From an uncultured Verrucomicrobiota bacterium (GTDB lineage: Bacteria; Verrucomicrobiota; Verrucomicrobiia; Limisphaerales; AAA164-E04), in NCBI GenBank assembly GCA_964342825.1, contig CAYFHO010000009.1, forward strand, positions 13,292 to 77,291: 64,000 nucleotides of DNA, written 5' to 3'. Every line of letters begins with the position of its first letter. Positions within the stretch are counted from its first letter, which is position 1. The position numbers and the translations under genes were made by a program. Positions 9,190-18,957 of the stretch are shown one piece after another. The notes beneath the pieces were generated by a model. It saw only the letters and a list, made by a program, of their open reading frames with translations. It had not been told where the DNA came from and did no database searches.

Positions 9190-10847
9190 AACGGGTTGTA
9201 AATCCGGTTCATACTCTAAAGAAATTGGCCTTGTGTGCAGGCCTGGGATTTCTTTGGACGCTTTCTTATCCGCAATGGCAAATGGTTGGTTTTGCCTGGA
9301 TCATTCCTGCATGCCTGATTGCATTAAGCGCCAATTTAAAATTGAAGGCTGTTTTTGGTTGGTGCTACCTGGCTTCGTGGATTCATTCCGCGACTACTTT
9401 ATACTGGTTGCTCAACATGCCCCATTTCGCCGGGGCTATTGCAGGCTGGCTGTCATTGACTCTCTATACCGCCATTTATCCGGCATTGTGGGCATGCTTG
9501 TTTTGGGGACTCCTTCTTCGATCGCAGATCCTGTGCCAAAAAGCAGTCCAGAAACGTAAAGGGACTTTGGAGTGGTTCCGGTCTTTGACCTTGATTGAAT
9601 CTCAGAGAATAGCCCTCGTCGGGGCCATGCTATGGGTGGGGGCAGAATGGATGATGTCGCACCTGTTGACAGGGTTTCCCTGGCTGATTTTGGGAGCCAC
9701 TCAATTGACCTGGGGCCCCCTTGCGCAGACGGCTTCCTTGGGCGGTGTCTCTATGATATCATTCGTCATGGTGTGGACTTCGCTTTCGGTGGGAATGGGG
9801 CTGATACGCACCCAGTTAACAAACCCACATCCGTGGAAATGGATCCCCGATTCAATCCTTCCGCTGGGAGTAGTTTTATTACTGAACGTTTATGGATATC
9901 AGAGAATTCAATTGATAGAATCACTGCGTTCTGAAGAAACCATTAGAGTGGGCCTGGTTCAACCGGCTTTCCCTCAAACGTTGATTTGGGATGCTGAAGA
10001 AGATCAAACCAGATTTGAGGAATTGCTAAAACTTTCCGAAGCTGCCTTACAGTTGTCTCCAGATCTACTCCTGTGGCCAGAGGGTGCATTTCCTGGCAAT
10101 GTAAATACCGTTGAGCCTTTATGGGAACTTCTCAATAAATACAAAGCCTGGCTGTGTTTCAATGGGACTGATGTGGATGTTAAGTCACAGGAAACAGATA
10201 ACCCAAGAATTTACAATTCAGCCTTTCTCATGGATCCGTCAGGTCGTTTGAAGGGAACATACCACAAGCGACATTTGGTGATGTTTGGTGAGTTTGTACC
10301 TTTCTCGGATCAATTACCTTTTCTTAAAATGCTGACCCCCATTCAAAATCTTTTTACCGCAGGTGTTGAAGCGCAGGTTTTCCATCTACCTGATATGGGA
10401 GTGGCTTTATATCCTTTAATTTGCTTCGAAGACGTGATGCCGTATCTGTGTGACCAGACAAGGCAAAAGAAAGCGGATATTCTGATTAATCTGACCAACG
10501 ACGGGTGGTTTAAAGAAAGCGCTGCGCAGATCCAGCACGCCTCCTTGGCAGCTTTTCGCTCGATTGAAACCGGGCTTCCTATGATTCGGTGCGGTAACAA
10601 TGGATTAAGTTGTTGGATTGATCCTGCCGGGAAAATACGAGCCACAGATTCTGGCGGAGATCCAAGTGATGTTTACGATCAAGGTTTTCGAATAGTGGAA
10701 ATACCAAAAAATTGGGAAATGAAACCAACCGTGTACCAAAAAGTAGGTAGATTTTTTCCTGCGGTTTGTTTCTGGGCAGGCTTGTTGCCCAGCTTATTTC
10801 TTATTCTAAAATCTCGAAGATCCCGCGAAATAAAGTCCAAAAATTGA
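9186..10847 (+). CDS. lnt: Apolipoprotein N-acyltransferase
   Basis: GFPW, WPEG, YHKRHLVMFGEFVP, ICFED, NDGWF nitrilase-fold motifs; multiple TM segments. Confidence 0.95.
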   Translation: MKRVVNPVHTLKKLALCAGLGFLWTLSYPQWQMVGFAWIIPACLIALSANLKLKAVFGWCYLASWIHSATTLYWLLNMPHFAGAIAGWLSLTLYTAIYPALWACLFWGLLLRSQILCQKAVQKRKGTLEWFRSLTLIESQRIALVGAMLWVGAEWMMSHLLTGFPWLILGATQLTWGPLAQTASLGGVSMISFVMVWTSLSVGMGLIRTQLTNPHPWKWIPDSILPLGVVLLLNVYGYQRIQLIESLRSEETIRVGLVQPAFPQTLIWDAEEDQTRFEELLKLSEAALQLSPDLLLWPEGAFPGNVNTVEPLWELLNKYKAWLCFNGTDVDVKSQETDNPRIYNSAFLMDPSGRLKGTYHKRHLVMFGEFVPFSDQLPFLKMLTPIQNLFTAGVEAQVFHLPDMGVALYPLICFEDVMPYLCDQTRQKKADILINLTNDGWFKESAAQIQHASLAAFRSIETGLPMIRCGNNGLSCWIDPAGKIRATDSGGDPSDVYDQGFRIVEIPKNWEMKPTVYQKVGRFFPAVCFWAGLLPSLFLILKSRRSREIKSKN

Positions 10848-10872
10848 GCAGATGTGATTGGGTTTTTTGGGG

Positions 10873-11928
10873 CTAAACCAGTTCCGCTTTGCCGGAGCCT
10901 TTTGTTACTTCCCCAATGATCCAAGCCTGGTGTTCGGTTCTACGAATGGCTCTTAAAATCTCATCCGCCTTGTCAGCTCGGACGGTCATGGTTAATCCAA
11001 TGCCCATGTTAAAAACATGAAACATTTCGTTTTCACTGATCTTGCCGGTTGTCTGCAAATACTGAAATATGGGGAGTATTTCCCAAGAATTTCTCCGGAT
11101 TTTCACATCGAGATGTGCAGGTAAATTTCTTGGAATATTATCCTGAAATCCTCCACCGGTAATATGTGCCATCGCTTGAATTGCGGAAGGCTTTCCTTTT
11201 TGATTGAAACGTTTGAGTAATCGCTGAACAACTTTTTGGTAACTCAGATGCACTGCCATCAAGGCATCTCCCACTTTGCCGCCCAATTCAGTTGATTTGG
11301 AGGATGGCTTGAGTCCGGCTTTATCAAATAAAATTTTTCTAGCCAAAGAATAGCCATTTGTGTGCAATCCATTCGAAGCCAGCCCGATCACAACATCACC
11401 GGATTTTGTTTTCTTTCCACCCAACATCCGAGGCCGATCCACCACTCCGACGATTGTGCCGCTTACATCATATTCGCCGGCTTGATAGAACCCGGGCATT
11501 TGTGCTGTTTCCCCACCTATCAAAGCACAACCGTTCGCTTTGCAGCCTCGAGCGAAACCACGAATAATAGCATCAAAATCTTTCGGTCTGAGTTTGCCTG
11601 CACCTATGTAATCCAGAAAAAACAAAGGAGTGGCCCCCAATACCAGAATGTCATTCACGCAATGATTGACCAAGTCTTCACCAATGGTGTCGTGCTTTTT
11701 GGTCATGAAAGCCACTTTGAGCTTGGTTCCAACTCCATCAACACTCGAAACTAAAACGGGTTTTTCGTAGCCCTTAAAGTCAGCAGAAAATAGTCCGCCA
11801 AATCCCCCAACCTTACCTAGAACCTCTCTACGATGTGTGGAAGCAAGCAGCTCCGGCAAGGTTTGTTTAACCTGGTTACCAAGTTCCAAGTCCACACCCG
11901 CTTTGGCATATGCACTCTTACCCGCCAT
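10873..11928 (-). CDS. purM: Phosphoribosylformylglycinamidine cyclo-ligase (AIR synthetase)
   Basis: YAKAGVD, DGVGTK, GGETAQMP, GLHTNGYSL, HITGGG, FNMGIG. Confidence 0.97.
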   Translation of the reverse strand: MAGKSAYAKAGVDLELGNQVKQTLPELLASTHRREVLGKVGGFGGLFSADFKGYEKPVLVSSVDGVGTKLKVAFMTKKHDTIGEDLVNHCVNDILVLGATPLFFLDYIGAGKLRPKDFDAIIRGFARGCKANGCALIGGETAQMPGFYQAGEYDVSGTIVGVVDRPRMLGGKKTKSGDVVIGLASNGLHTNGYSLARKILFDKAGLKPSSKSTELGGKVGDALMAVHLSYQKVVQRLLKRFNQKGKPSAIQAMAHITGGGFQDNIPRNLPAHLDVKIRRNSWEILPIFQYLQTTGKISENEMFHVFNMGIGLTMTVRADKADEILRAIRRTEHQAWIIGEVTKGSGKAELV

Positions 11929-11930
11929 GG

Positions 11931-14003
11931 TCAGCTATCAGAAGGTTTGGGTTTTTCTTCTGATTCGTTGGCAGATGCTTCAGCTTGAGTATCATCGGCA
12001 CCTTCTTGGGTTTCTGGCGTAGAAACTTCAACCGCAGGATTTTCACCATTGTCAGGAGATTTCACCAAGCTTTCGCTTTCATTGCCAGTTGATGAATCGG
12101 CAGGCTCGTTGGCCTTTGCAGGTTCTACTTTTTCCTCATCCTGTGCTTCAGGCGCTTTCACTGTGTTTTCTGTTTTGTCGGCCTTAGGCTCAGTTTCCTT
12201 TACAGGAACTTCAGAAGTGCTCGTGGATGATTCAGTAGTTGAACCTTGATCAGCCTTTGGTGCCTCAGCGGCATTCGAGTCTTGATTCGACTTTGCCTTT
12301 TCCTGAGGCGCTTTGGCCGATTTTTTCTTGGGTTGTTCTTTAGGCTTCTTTGCTGTCTCCAGCTTGCCATTTGAAAACTCAATCACGTGCCCTTGATGGA
12401 TCAACCAATGTAAGTCAGTGGTGACAGCTGCTTGTTCAGGAGTGAGAGTAGGCTCGGATTTGGCCTGTTCCTCTGTGGTAGACTCATTTTGAGAAGCTTC
12501 TGAGGTGGGTAAGGCATCACTCTTGTCGGTTTCAGTTTTACTTTCCTCTGAAACTTCTGCTTGAGTGTCTTGATTTTCGGTCTCAGCTGCCTTTTCATCA
12601 TTCCCGCTTGCAACTTGGGTTGAATCCTCAACCTTTGGTTGACCAGGGGCCAGATTTTCCATGACCTTGACTCGGGTGCAATCTGGAGTTTCCTCAATGA
12701 ACTGCACGATTCGCTTCACCATGTCTGAGACAGGTGTGGTTTCCAGGTCCAGGTAATGTGGGCGGGAAACCGAGACGTGCGTCACGGTCTTGTTGACTTT
12801 GAAAAATTGTAATCCCTGACGTGTAAATTGTTGACTGAGTTCAGTCGCCAACTGGAGAGGGAATCTTGTTTGATCATCGACATGGAACCGGATCAAATCA
12901 CGGATCGGGCGTGAGAGCTGAGTCTTGGGATCTCCTGCGACTTGAGCTGATTGGACACATTCGATGCTGTCTTTGAAATAATTTTCGCGGAAGTGGGCTT
13001 CCACTTCATCCAGCGAGTGCAGTTTATCAGATTCGGGATTTTTCTTATCTGCGTATTCAGTGGTCCAACTTTGTTCATCCAACCATTTCTTCACCACTTC
13101 TTCATCCTGGACAATCTTTACCTTGGACTTGAAATGTTCAAAATCCATCCGTGAGAAACGCTCCTCGTGAAGTTCGCGCAAGCGAGCCTGGTATCCATGG
13201 TAGTTGGGAGGGCCCAGAACGATCCCGGATATTCCGCATTGGGCTACAAAATTGAAGGCACCTTTAGGAGGTTCTGTTTCTGTCCGTTCTGCTGAATAGA
13301 AGTCGTCTAGATGCTTTTGCAGGACATGTTGAACCGCTTCAGCTTCGTCCAGCCAAACGGTTTGATCCAATTTACAGATCCAAATTTTCTGCTGTTCCTG
13401 ATCCTTAGGGGGAGTTTGTGAGGTGAAACGAATGTGATACCTCTCCGGGCTTTGAAGAATCAAGCCGGCAATATCGAACAAAGGATAAGCTCTGCCTTGC
13501 AACCGGATCCTTTTAGCAAGCAAAGCAACACCTTTGGATTCGGGGATGATTTGAGTTTTAAGTTGTGGCAATGATGCCAGAATTTCCTGACGGCTGCGTC
13601 GCGGTCTGTCGCGGTGCTGACCTCTGCCATGAAACCCGCGCCCCTCGCCTCTCCCTTGGCTTCGGTTACGTCCTCCACCGCGCTCGGAATTACCTCCACT
13701 TCTTCCGGAAGAGCGTCCCTGGCTTGCGCCTCCTCGCTGGCCACCTCCACCTTGTCGATTGCCATCGCGACCACCAGGCTCCTGGCGGCGATCTTTATTA
13801 CGGGGATCTCGGTTTCGTTGACGAGGGGGTCTACCGCCACCTTCTCCACGATTCCTTCCCCGCCCATCGCGGTTGGTAAAGTCTTTATCCCTTCCTTCAA
13901 ATTTAGCATAGGGATTTTCTTCAGAAGATTTCTGAGCCCATGCTGGTAAGAAGGCCGATTCCAAATCCAAATCTAGCTTTGGTTTTGCGTCCGAGTTGCT
14001 CAT
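11931..14003 (-). CDS. Hypothetical protein: Arg/Gly-rich N-terminus, globular core, acidic disordered C-terminus
   Basis: 690-aa ORF ending 2 bp before the purM start. Confidence 0.85.
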   Translation of the reverse strand: MSNSDAKPKLDLDLESAFLPAWAQKSSEENPYAKFEGRDKDFTNRDGRGRNRGEGGGRPPRQRNRDPRNKDRRQEPGGRDGNRQGGGGQRGGASQGRSSGRSGGNSERGGGRNRSQGRGEGRGFHGRGQHRDRPRRSRQEILASLPQLKTQIIPESKGVALLAKRIRLQGRAYPLFDIAGLILQSPERYHIRFTSQTPPKDQEQQKIWICKLDQTVWLDEAEAVQHVLQKHLDDFYSAERTETEPPKGAFNFVAQCGISGIVLGPPNYHGYQARLRELHEERFSRMDFEHFKSKVKIVQDEEVVKKWLDEQSWTTEYADKKNPESDKLHSLDEVEAHFRENYFKDSIECVQSAQVAGDPKTQLSRPIRDLIRFHVDDQTRFPLQLATELSQQFTRQGLQFFKVNKTVTHVSVSRPHYLDLETTPVSDMVKRIVQFIEETPDCTRVKVMENLAPGQPKVEDSTQVASGNDEKAAETENQDTQAEVSEESKTETDKSDALPTSEASQNESTTEEQAKSEPTLTPEQAAVTTDLHWLIHQGHVIEFSNGKLETAKKPKEQPKKKSAKAPQEKAKSNQDSNAAEAPKADQGSTTESSTSTSEVPVKETEPKADKTENTVKAPEAQDEEKVEPAKANEPADSSTGNESESLVKSPDNGENPAVEVSTPETQEGADDTQAEASANESEEKPKPSDS

Positions 14004-14283
14004 GTTCAGTAAGGTCTTTGTAGTGGAGCATTAATGAAACGCGCCACTGAGTTGGAGAATGGCGGCTTGCTTCATTGAATGCAAGCACGCGTGCTGCTTT
14101 TTGAGAAAAAAATTATGAACCCATCGCGTATCCAAATGCTGGGAGTATGCAGAGACTAATAGCGATGCCTGCCAGAAAGTTCTGAATGTGTAATTGAGGG
14201 CAGCTGATTTCCAGAGGAATTGCAGGTTTTGAAGGCCCACACTTTAATCAGCTCGCATCATCGAGACTCCGAAATGTCAGCTG

Positions 14284-15231
14284 TTAAGATTTTCCGAGCA
14301 AATATTTATCCATTCGCACAGACACATCTTTTATCCGATTTCGGTCTCCACCAGCAACTTCGGCCGTAGCCCAGCCAGTGTAACCAATTTCATTCAGTGC
14401 TTCCCTGACATCAGGCCAGTCGACGTCACCCTCCCCTATCTTGCAAAATCCGTTGTCAATCCCCCAATCTTTCACGTCTAATTTCACAATCCGTGAGCCC
14501 AGGGTACGAATCCAATCTGCAGGTTTTCCAAAACGCTGATGATTTCCAATATCGAAATAGGATCCAACCCAAGGACTGTTAATTTCATCCAGATAGGCAG
14601 CCAGCAAGGAGGCGGATTGGTTGTTATCGCCCTTGGGGTCATACAGAAAATTGTTCCAGACATTTTCTATGAGGATGCGAACGCCTAGCTTTGAAGCTGT
14701 TGGAAGTGCTTTTCGGATCTGTAGAATCGACCGAGTCCAAACATGCCCGTGGGACTCCTTTTCTGGATCACGGGCTGCACCGGGGACCAACAAAACGGCA
14801 TTGCCACCAACATAATGGGTATCCTTCATTGCCTTCAGGAGACCTTGGAGTCCTTTTTCCCTGACTTCAGGATCGGGGTCTGACAACCGGGTTCCCCAGT
14901 GTATGGAGTCCACCACTCCATGAATAGGGAATCCAAGTTCACGGCTGGCCTCGAGTGCCTCCTGTTTGTTGACTCCACCTGGGCTATTCAATTCAGCTCC
15001 GTCAAACCCCATCTCTTTCATGAGGCGAAATTTTTCGAGAATCGATATCTTCTCGTTGAACATCCCCATCTTGATGGATTTGTAGATCCGTTGTTCGCCT
15101 TCTTTGTGATGATCTGCTTTTACACTCAACAAATTGAGCCCTCCGGCCCCCGACAACAGTATTCCGGCAATACCTGATCCAGAATGGGAAAGAAAACGTC
15201 TTCTGCTTAACGATGGTAATTTGGTCATCAT
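14284..15231 (-). CDS. Tat-exported sugar phosphate isomerase/epimerase (AP endonuclease 2 TIM barrel)
   Basis: SRRRFL twin-arginine signal; IENVWN, YFDIGN, DVKD, GEGDVDW, TAEV metal-site motifs. Confidence 0.88.
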   Translation of the reverse strand: MMTKLPSLSRRRFLSHSGSGIAGILLSGAGGLNLLSVKADHHKEGEQRIYKSIKMGMFNEKISILEKFRLMKEMGFDGAELNSPGGVNKQEALEASRELGFPIHGVVDSIHWGTRLSDPDPEVREKGLQGLLKAMKDTHYVGGNAVLLVPGAARDPEKESHGHVWTRSILQIRKALPTASKLGVRILIENVWNNFLYDPKGDNNQSASLLAAYLDEINSPWVGSYFDIGNHQRFGKPADWIRTLGSRIVKLDVKDWGIDNGFCKIGEGDVDWPDVREALNEIGYTGWATAEVAGGDRNRIKDVSVRMDKYLLGKS

Positions 15232-15280
15232 ATATAAATCACGGTTTTAGCCAGAACAGCTTGGAGGTTATTTAATAAAA

Positions 15281-16630
15281 TTATATAAGCGGGGTAGCGC
15301 CGGGAATAGACATGGGACGGATTGGTAGATCCATATTTGGCTCAAAAAATTCGGGTACTAGTCGTTCCTGCGAATTCATAGCCTGCTCCCAGGAAACTTC
15401 TTTGCCTGTATATGCAGCCATGCGCCCCATCAGTCCCATCATCGTGCTGCTGCTCATCCAGTCTCCGTCGTTGATTGGATTTCCGTCACGAATGGAAGCA
15501 AAAAGCTCATCGTGTTCGGTTTGGTACATGTCGTTGTTAGGGCCACGGTACCTCCAGGTTTCCTCTCCACGGATCTGGACACGGCTCCAACCCAAGATTT
15601 CGGCTATACCTTTGGCTCCATGGACGTAGTCATTGTTCTCGTTGTAACAACCTGCAATCTGCCGGCTTCCAACGTAAGCCCTTAAACCATTTGCGTATTC
15701 ATAGTAAACAGCAAAGTGATCAAAAATATTTCCGCTGTGATTGGGAACCTGGCGTCCTCCTGTAGCAACGCACTTGACCGGAGGTTCATCTTTCATGCAC
15801 CAGGCAACCTTATCAACGCTGTGGATAGCCTGCTCCACCAAACTATCACCGCTCAGCCAAGTAAAATTATACCAGTTACGTACTTGCCAATCCAGATCAG
15901 ACATACCAGGGGGACGGGTGTCATCAGCTGGCATAGGCTTAACAGGGCCGGTGTAATAGGTGGCATAAATAGACCGCACATCCCCGATATCACCGTTGTG
16001 GATTTTGTCATATAGGGCCCTTCGGGCGTAATTGTATCTCCAGCAGAATCCAGCGACCAAAGCCAGTTTTTTTGCTTTAGCATCGTTGGCAGAAGCGATC
16101 ACAGATCTTAAACCCGGAGCGTCTGTTGCCATCGGTTTTTCGCAAAAGATATGTTTACCGGCATCGACGGCCGCTCTCAGGTGCATTGGCCGAAAACCTG
16201 GAGGGGTGGCAAGAATGACCAAATCCACTCCGCTTTCAAGCACCTTCTTGTAGGCATCGAAACCGGTGAATTTGTTATCGGGAGTCACTTGGATTTTGTC
16301 TTCAGCTGCCTTCTTGAGAGCGTTGTAACTGACATCCAGTCGGTCAGGGTACATGTCCCCCATTGAGGTCAGCATCACATTGGAGTCCGCCTTCATTGCC
16401 TGGCTGGCAGCACCAGTTCCACGTCCTCCACAACCGATCAATCCCACGCGAATGGTATCGTCGTTAGCGGCAAACGCCTTTTCTTTGATCGCAAAGCTTG
16501 GAATCGCAACACCAGCAGCGACGGCTGCAGAGGAAGACTTGATAAATTGTCGGCGATTGGGTTTTTCAGGCGATGCGGTTGCGTTGGAACCAGCATTTGA
16601 ATTGGAATTTTGTATTTGGTGATGAGTCAT
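15281..16630 (-). CDS. Tat-exported Gfo/Idh/MocA oxidoreductase
   Basis: NRRQFIK Tat motif, GLIGCGGRG, CEKP. Start moved to MTHHQ (16630) to avoid overlap with the upstream gene. Confidence 0.9.
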   Translation of the reverse strand: MTHHQIQNSNSNAGSNATASPEKPNRRQFIKSSSAAVAAGVAIPSFAIKEKAFAANDDTIRVGLIGCGGRGTGAASQAMKADSNVMLTSMGDMYPDRLDVSYNALKKAAEDKIQVTPDNKFTGFDAYKKVLESGVDLVILATPPGFRPMHLRAAVDAGKHIFCEKPMATDAPGLRSVIASANDAKAKKLALVAGFCWRYNYARRALYDKIHNGDIGDVRSIYATYYTGPVKPMPADDTRPPGMSDLDWQVRNWYNFTWLSGDSLVEQAIHSVDKVAWCMKDEPPVKCVATGGRQVPNHSGNIFDHFAVYYEYANGLRAYVGSRQIAGCYNENNDYVHGAKGIAEILGWSRVQIRGEETWRYRGPNNDMYQTEHDELFASIRDGNPINDGDWMSSSTMMGLMGRMAAYTGKEVSWEQAMNSQERLVPEFFEPNMDLPIRPMSIPGATPLI

Positions 16631-16749
16631 TGCGATGATTTGGTTATTGGATGAGGGATTATTGAAATTTTGAATTGTCTTTGTCGAGCACGTAATCAAG
16701 GTGTTTAGACTGGAGGTAACAGTTATTAATTCAATAGTTGAAACTCTCT

Positions 16750-17478
16750 CTACAGTCGTTTGCTTACGACTTTTTTCCAAATTTCGTAACCTGCTGCGTT
16801 TAGGTGCAGACCATCTTCAATGAACAAATCAGGGCGGGGTTTTCCATCTTTTCCTATCATTGGATTCCACACGTCTGCAAAAACAACACGACGGTGTTTC
16901 CTTGCATAGGTTTTGATCATCTTGTTTGCCTCTTTCATTTTGGGAGCCAAATTCCATCTTTTTATACTTGGTTTGATGGCAATAAAAACGAGCTTCGCTT
17001 TGGGAAGGCGTTTTTTCAATAAATCGGCAAACATTTTGAAGTTCTCGAAAACCTGGCTGGGGGTATGTCCTCCACCTATGTCGTTATCTCCTGCATAGAG
17101 GACGACTGTCGAAGGCTCATAGGGACGAACAATGCGCTCAAAAAAATGAATGGCATCTGGGATTTTTGAACCTCCAAATCCCCGGTTGATGACATCGTGA
17201 TCTGGAAAGTCCTCAGACAAGGTGTCCCATTTACGTATACTGGAACTACCAATAAACAATACACCTCCTTTGGGTGGATGGCTTTTTCGGTCTTCAACTT
17301 CAAATGCTTTGATTGCCTGTTCCCATCGCTCCGAGTTTTGCGACAGGGCAGAAAAACCAGCTGTGAAATAAAAACATAAAGCGCAAAATAAAATTGCGGA
17401 CCGACCCAGGGTGGTTTTTGTGTGATTGGCTGCAAACATAAAGTTAATATTTAAGTCCATGATTCTCTGATAATCCAC
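16750..17478 (-). CDS. SGNH/GDSL hydrolase, secreted
   Basis: FIGSSSI, NRGFGGS, YAGDND, DGLHLN blocks; true start may be slightly downstream (e.g. 17439). Confidence 0.9.
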   Translation of the reverse strand: MDYQRIMDLNINFMFAANHTKTTLGRSAILFCALCFYFTAGFSALSQNSERWEQAIKAFEVEDRKSHPPKGGVLFIGSSSIRKWDTLSEDFPDHDVINRGFGGSKIPDAIHFFERIVRPYEPSTVVLYAGDNDIGGGHTPSQVFENFKMFADLLKKRLPKAKLVFIAIKPSIKRWNLAPKMKEANKMIKTYARKHRRVVFADVWNPMIGKDGKPRPDLFIEDGLHLNAAGYEIWKKVVSKRL

Positions 17479-17557
17479 TCAGTGCGTCAATTCTTCTAAA
17501 GATTGTGATCACGCTGGGTTTTGAATACCTTTATGGCAATTACTGATCGATTACCAA

Positions 17558-18865
17558 ATGAATCTGGACTCCTACCTCAAAAGATTTAATGGCCGCCCCC
17601 CCATCATTTCAGTCAAGCCCGCCAGAAATTTATCGGGAATTATTGTCATACCTTGTTACCGGGAACCCGATTGGAAAACGACGCTGGACTGCTTGGCTCA
17701 ATGTGAATCTCCAACGAATCCCATTGAGGTATTAGTGATTCTTAATCATTCCGAGGTGGATTGTGATGCGGTAAAGGCAGAACAGCACATTGCGCTTCAA
17801 TCTATTCGAGAATGGTCCATCCAACACGGTTCGCATCAAATGCAATTCCATGCCATTGATGCTTCCAATCTTCCTAAAAAGCATGCGGGAGTAGGGCTTG
17901 CTCGAAAAATTGGAATGGATGAAGGATTGCATCGATTAAATGGTGCTGGAAATTTAAGAGATGGGTTTATCGCCTGCCTTGATGCTGATTGCCGATGCCA
18001 AGCCAATTATCTGTTAGCCCTTGAAGATCATTTCCAACAACACCCCAAAACGCCAGGCTGCAGTCTGTATTTTGAGCACCCCATGGACGGAGATTTAACA
18101 CCTGAAACCTATGATGCTGTCATAAAGTATGAGCTGCACCTGAGATATTACGTCGAAGCACTAAGATTTGCTTCATTTCCTTATGCCTACCATACCGTCG
18201 GATCTTCAATGGCAGTCCGCCCTTTTGCTTACATGTCGCAGGGAGGGATGAATCGAAAGAAGGCAGGTGAAGATTTTTATTTTTTAAACAAGATCATTCC
18301 AATGGGGAATTTTACAGAAATCAACGATAGCGTGGTCATACCATCTCCGCGAACATCGGATCGAGTCCCCTTTGGAACTGGAAGGGCTGTGGCAAAATAC
18401 TACGGTCAATCCCATTTCCCCACTTATGCTTGGTCGTCCATACTTGAGCTGAAAAGTTTTTTTACATGGGTACATCAACATGATCCCTTTACGGACAAGT
18501 CAAATAGAATTCCCGATTCCAGACATTTGCCCGGAATCATGAGTGAATATATGGACGCTACGAATGGTTGGGATCAATGGCAAAAATGCATTGCCAGCAC
18601 CTGCGATTTGAAAACGTATCGGCGTCGATTTTTCCAGTGGTTCGATGCATTTCAGTGCATGAAGTGCCTTCACTTCATGAGAGATAAACATCACGGTGAA
18701 ATGGAAGTTACTTCAGCTACAAAAAACTTGTTCTCGGCAATTGGTTTAGAGTCAAAGAACGAGGGCATGGACACAATTTTCATGCTTAAAAAAATGAGAA
18801 GCCATCAAAGAAAAGGATGGAGCTTTTCAATACAACGCAAGCAGATTTCTGGATTAACAAAATGA
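17558..18865 (+). CDS. GT-A fold (GT2-like) glycosyltransferase
   Basis: VIPCYRE, GVGLARKIGMD, LDAD (DxD), GEDFYF. Confidence 0.82.
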   Translation: MNLDSYLKRFNGRPPIISVKPARNLSGIIVIPCYREPDWKTTLDCLAQCESPTNPIEVLVILNHSEVDCDAVKAEQHIALQSIREWSIQHGSHQMQFHAIDASNLPKKHAGVGLARKIGMDEGLHRLNGAGNLRDGFIACLDADCRCQANYLLALEDHFQQHPKTPGCSLYFEHPMDGDLTPETYDAVIKYELHLRYYVEALRFASFPYAYHTVGSSMAVRPFAYMSQGGMNRKKAGEDFYFLNKIIPMGNFTEINDSVVIPSPRTSDRVPFGTGRAVAKYYGQSHFPTYAWSSILELKSFFTWVHQHDPFTDKSNRIPDSRHLPGIMSEYMDATNGWDQWQKCIASTCDLKTYRRRFFQWFDAFQCMKCLHFMRDKHHGEMEVTSATKNLFSAIGLESKNEGMDTIFMLKKMRSHQRKGWSFSIQRKQISGLTK

Positions 18866-18957
18866 TGGAATACCATGCTTTACATTCCGGTTGGCTTGAT
18901 GGTTTGATTCACTACAGCGATCCGCATCAGAACGAAACGCATTGAAATCCCAAAGTC

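Noticed and set aside
14004-14283. ncRNA or small ORF in the 280-bp intergenic region
   Set aside because: Only a promoter-like TTGCAT-17-CATTCT on the minus strand; no convincing structure
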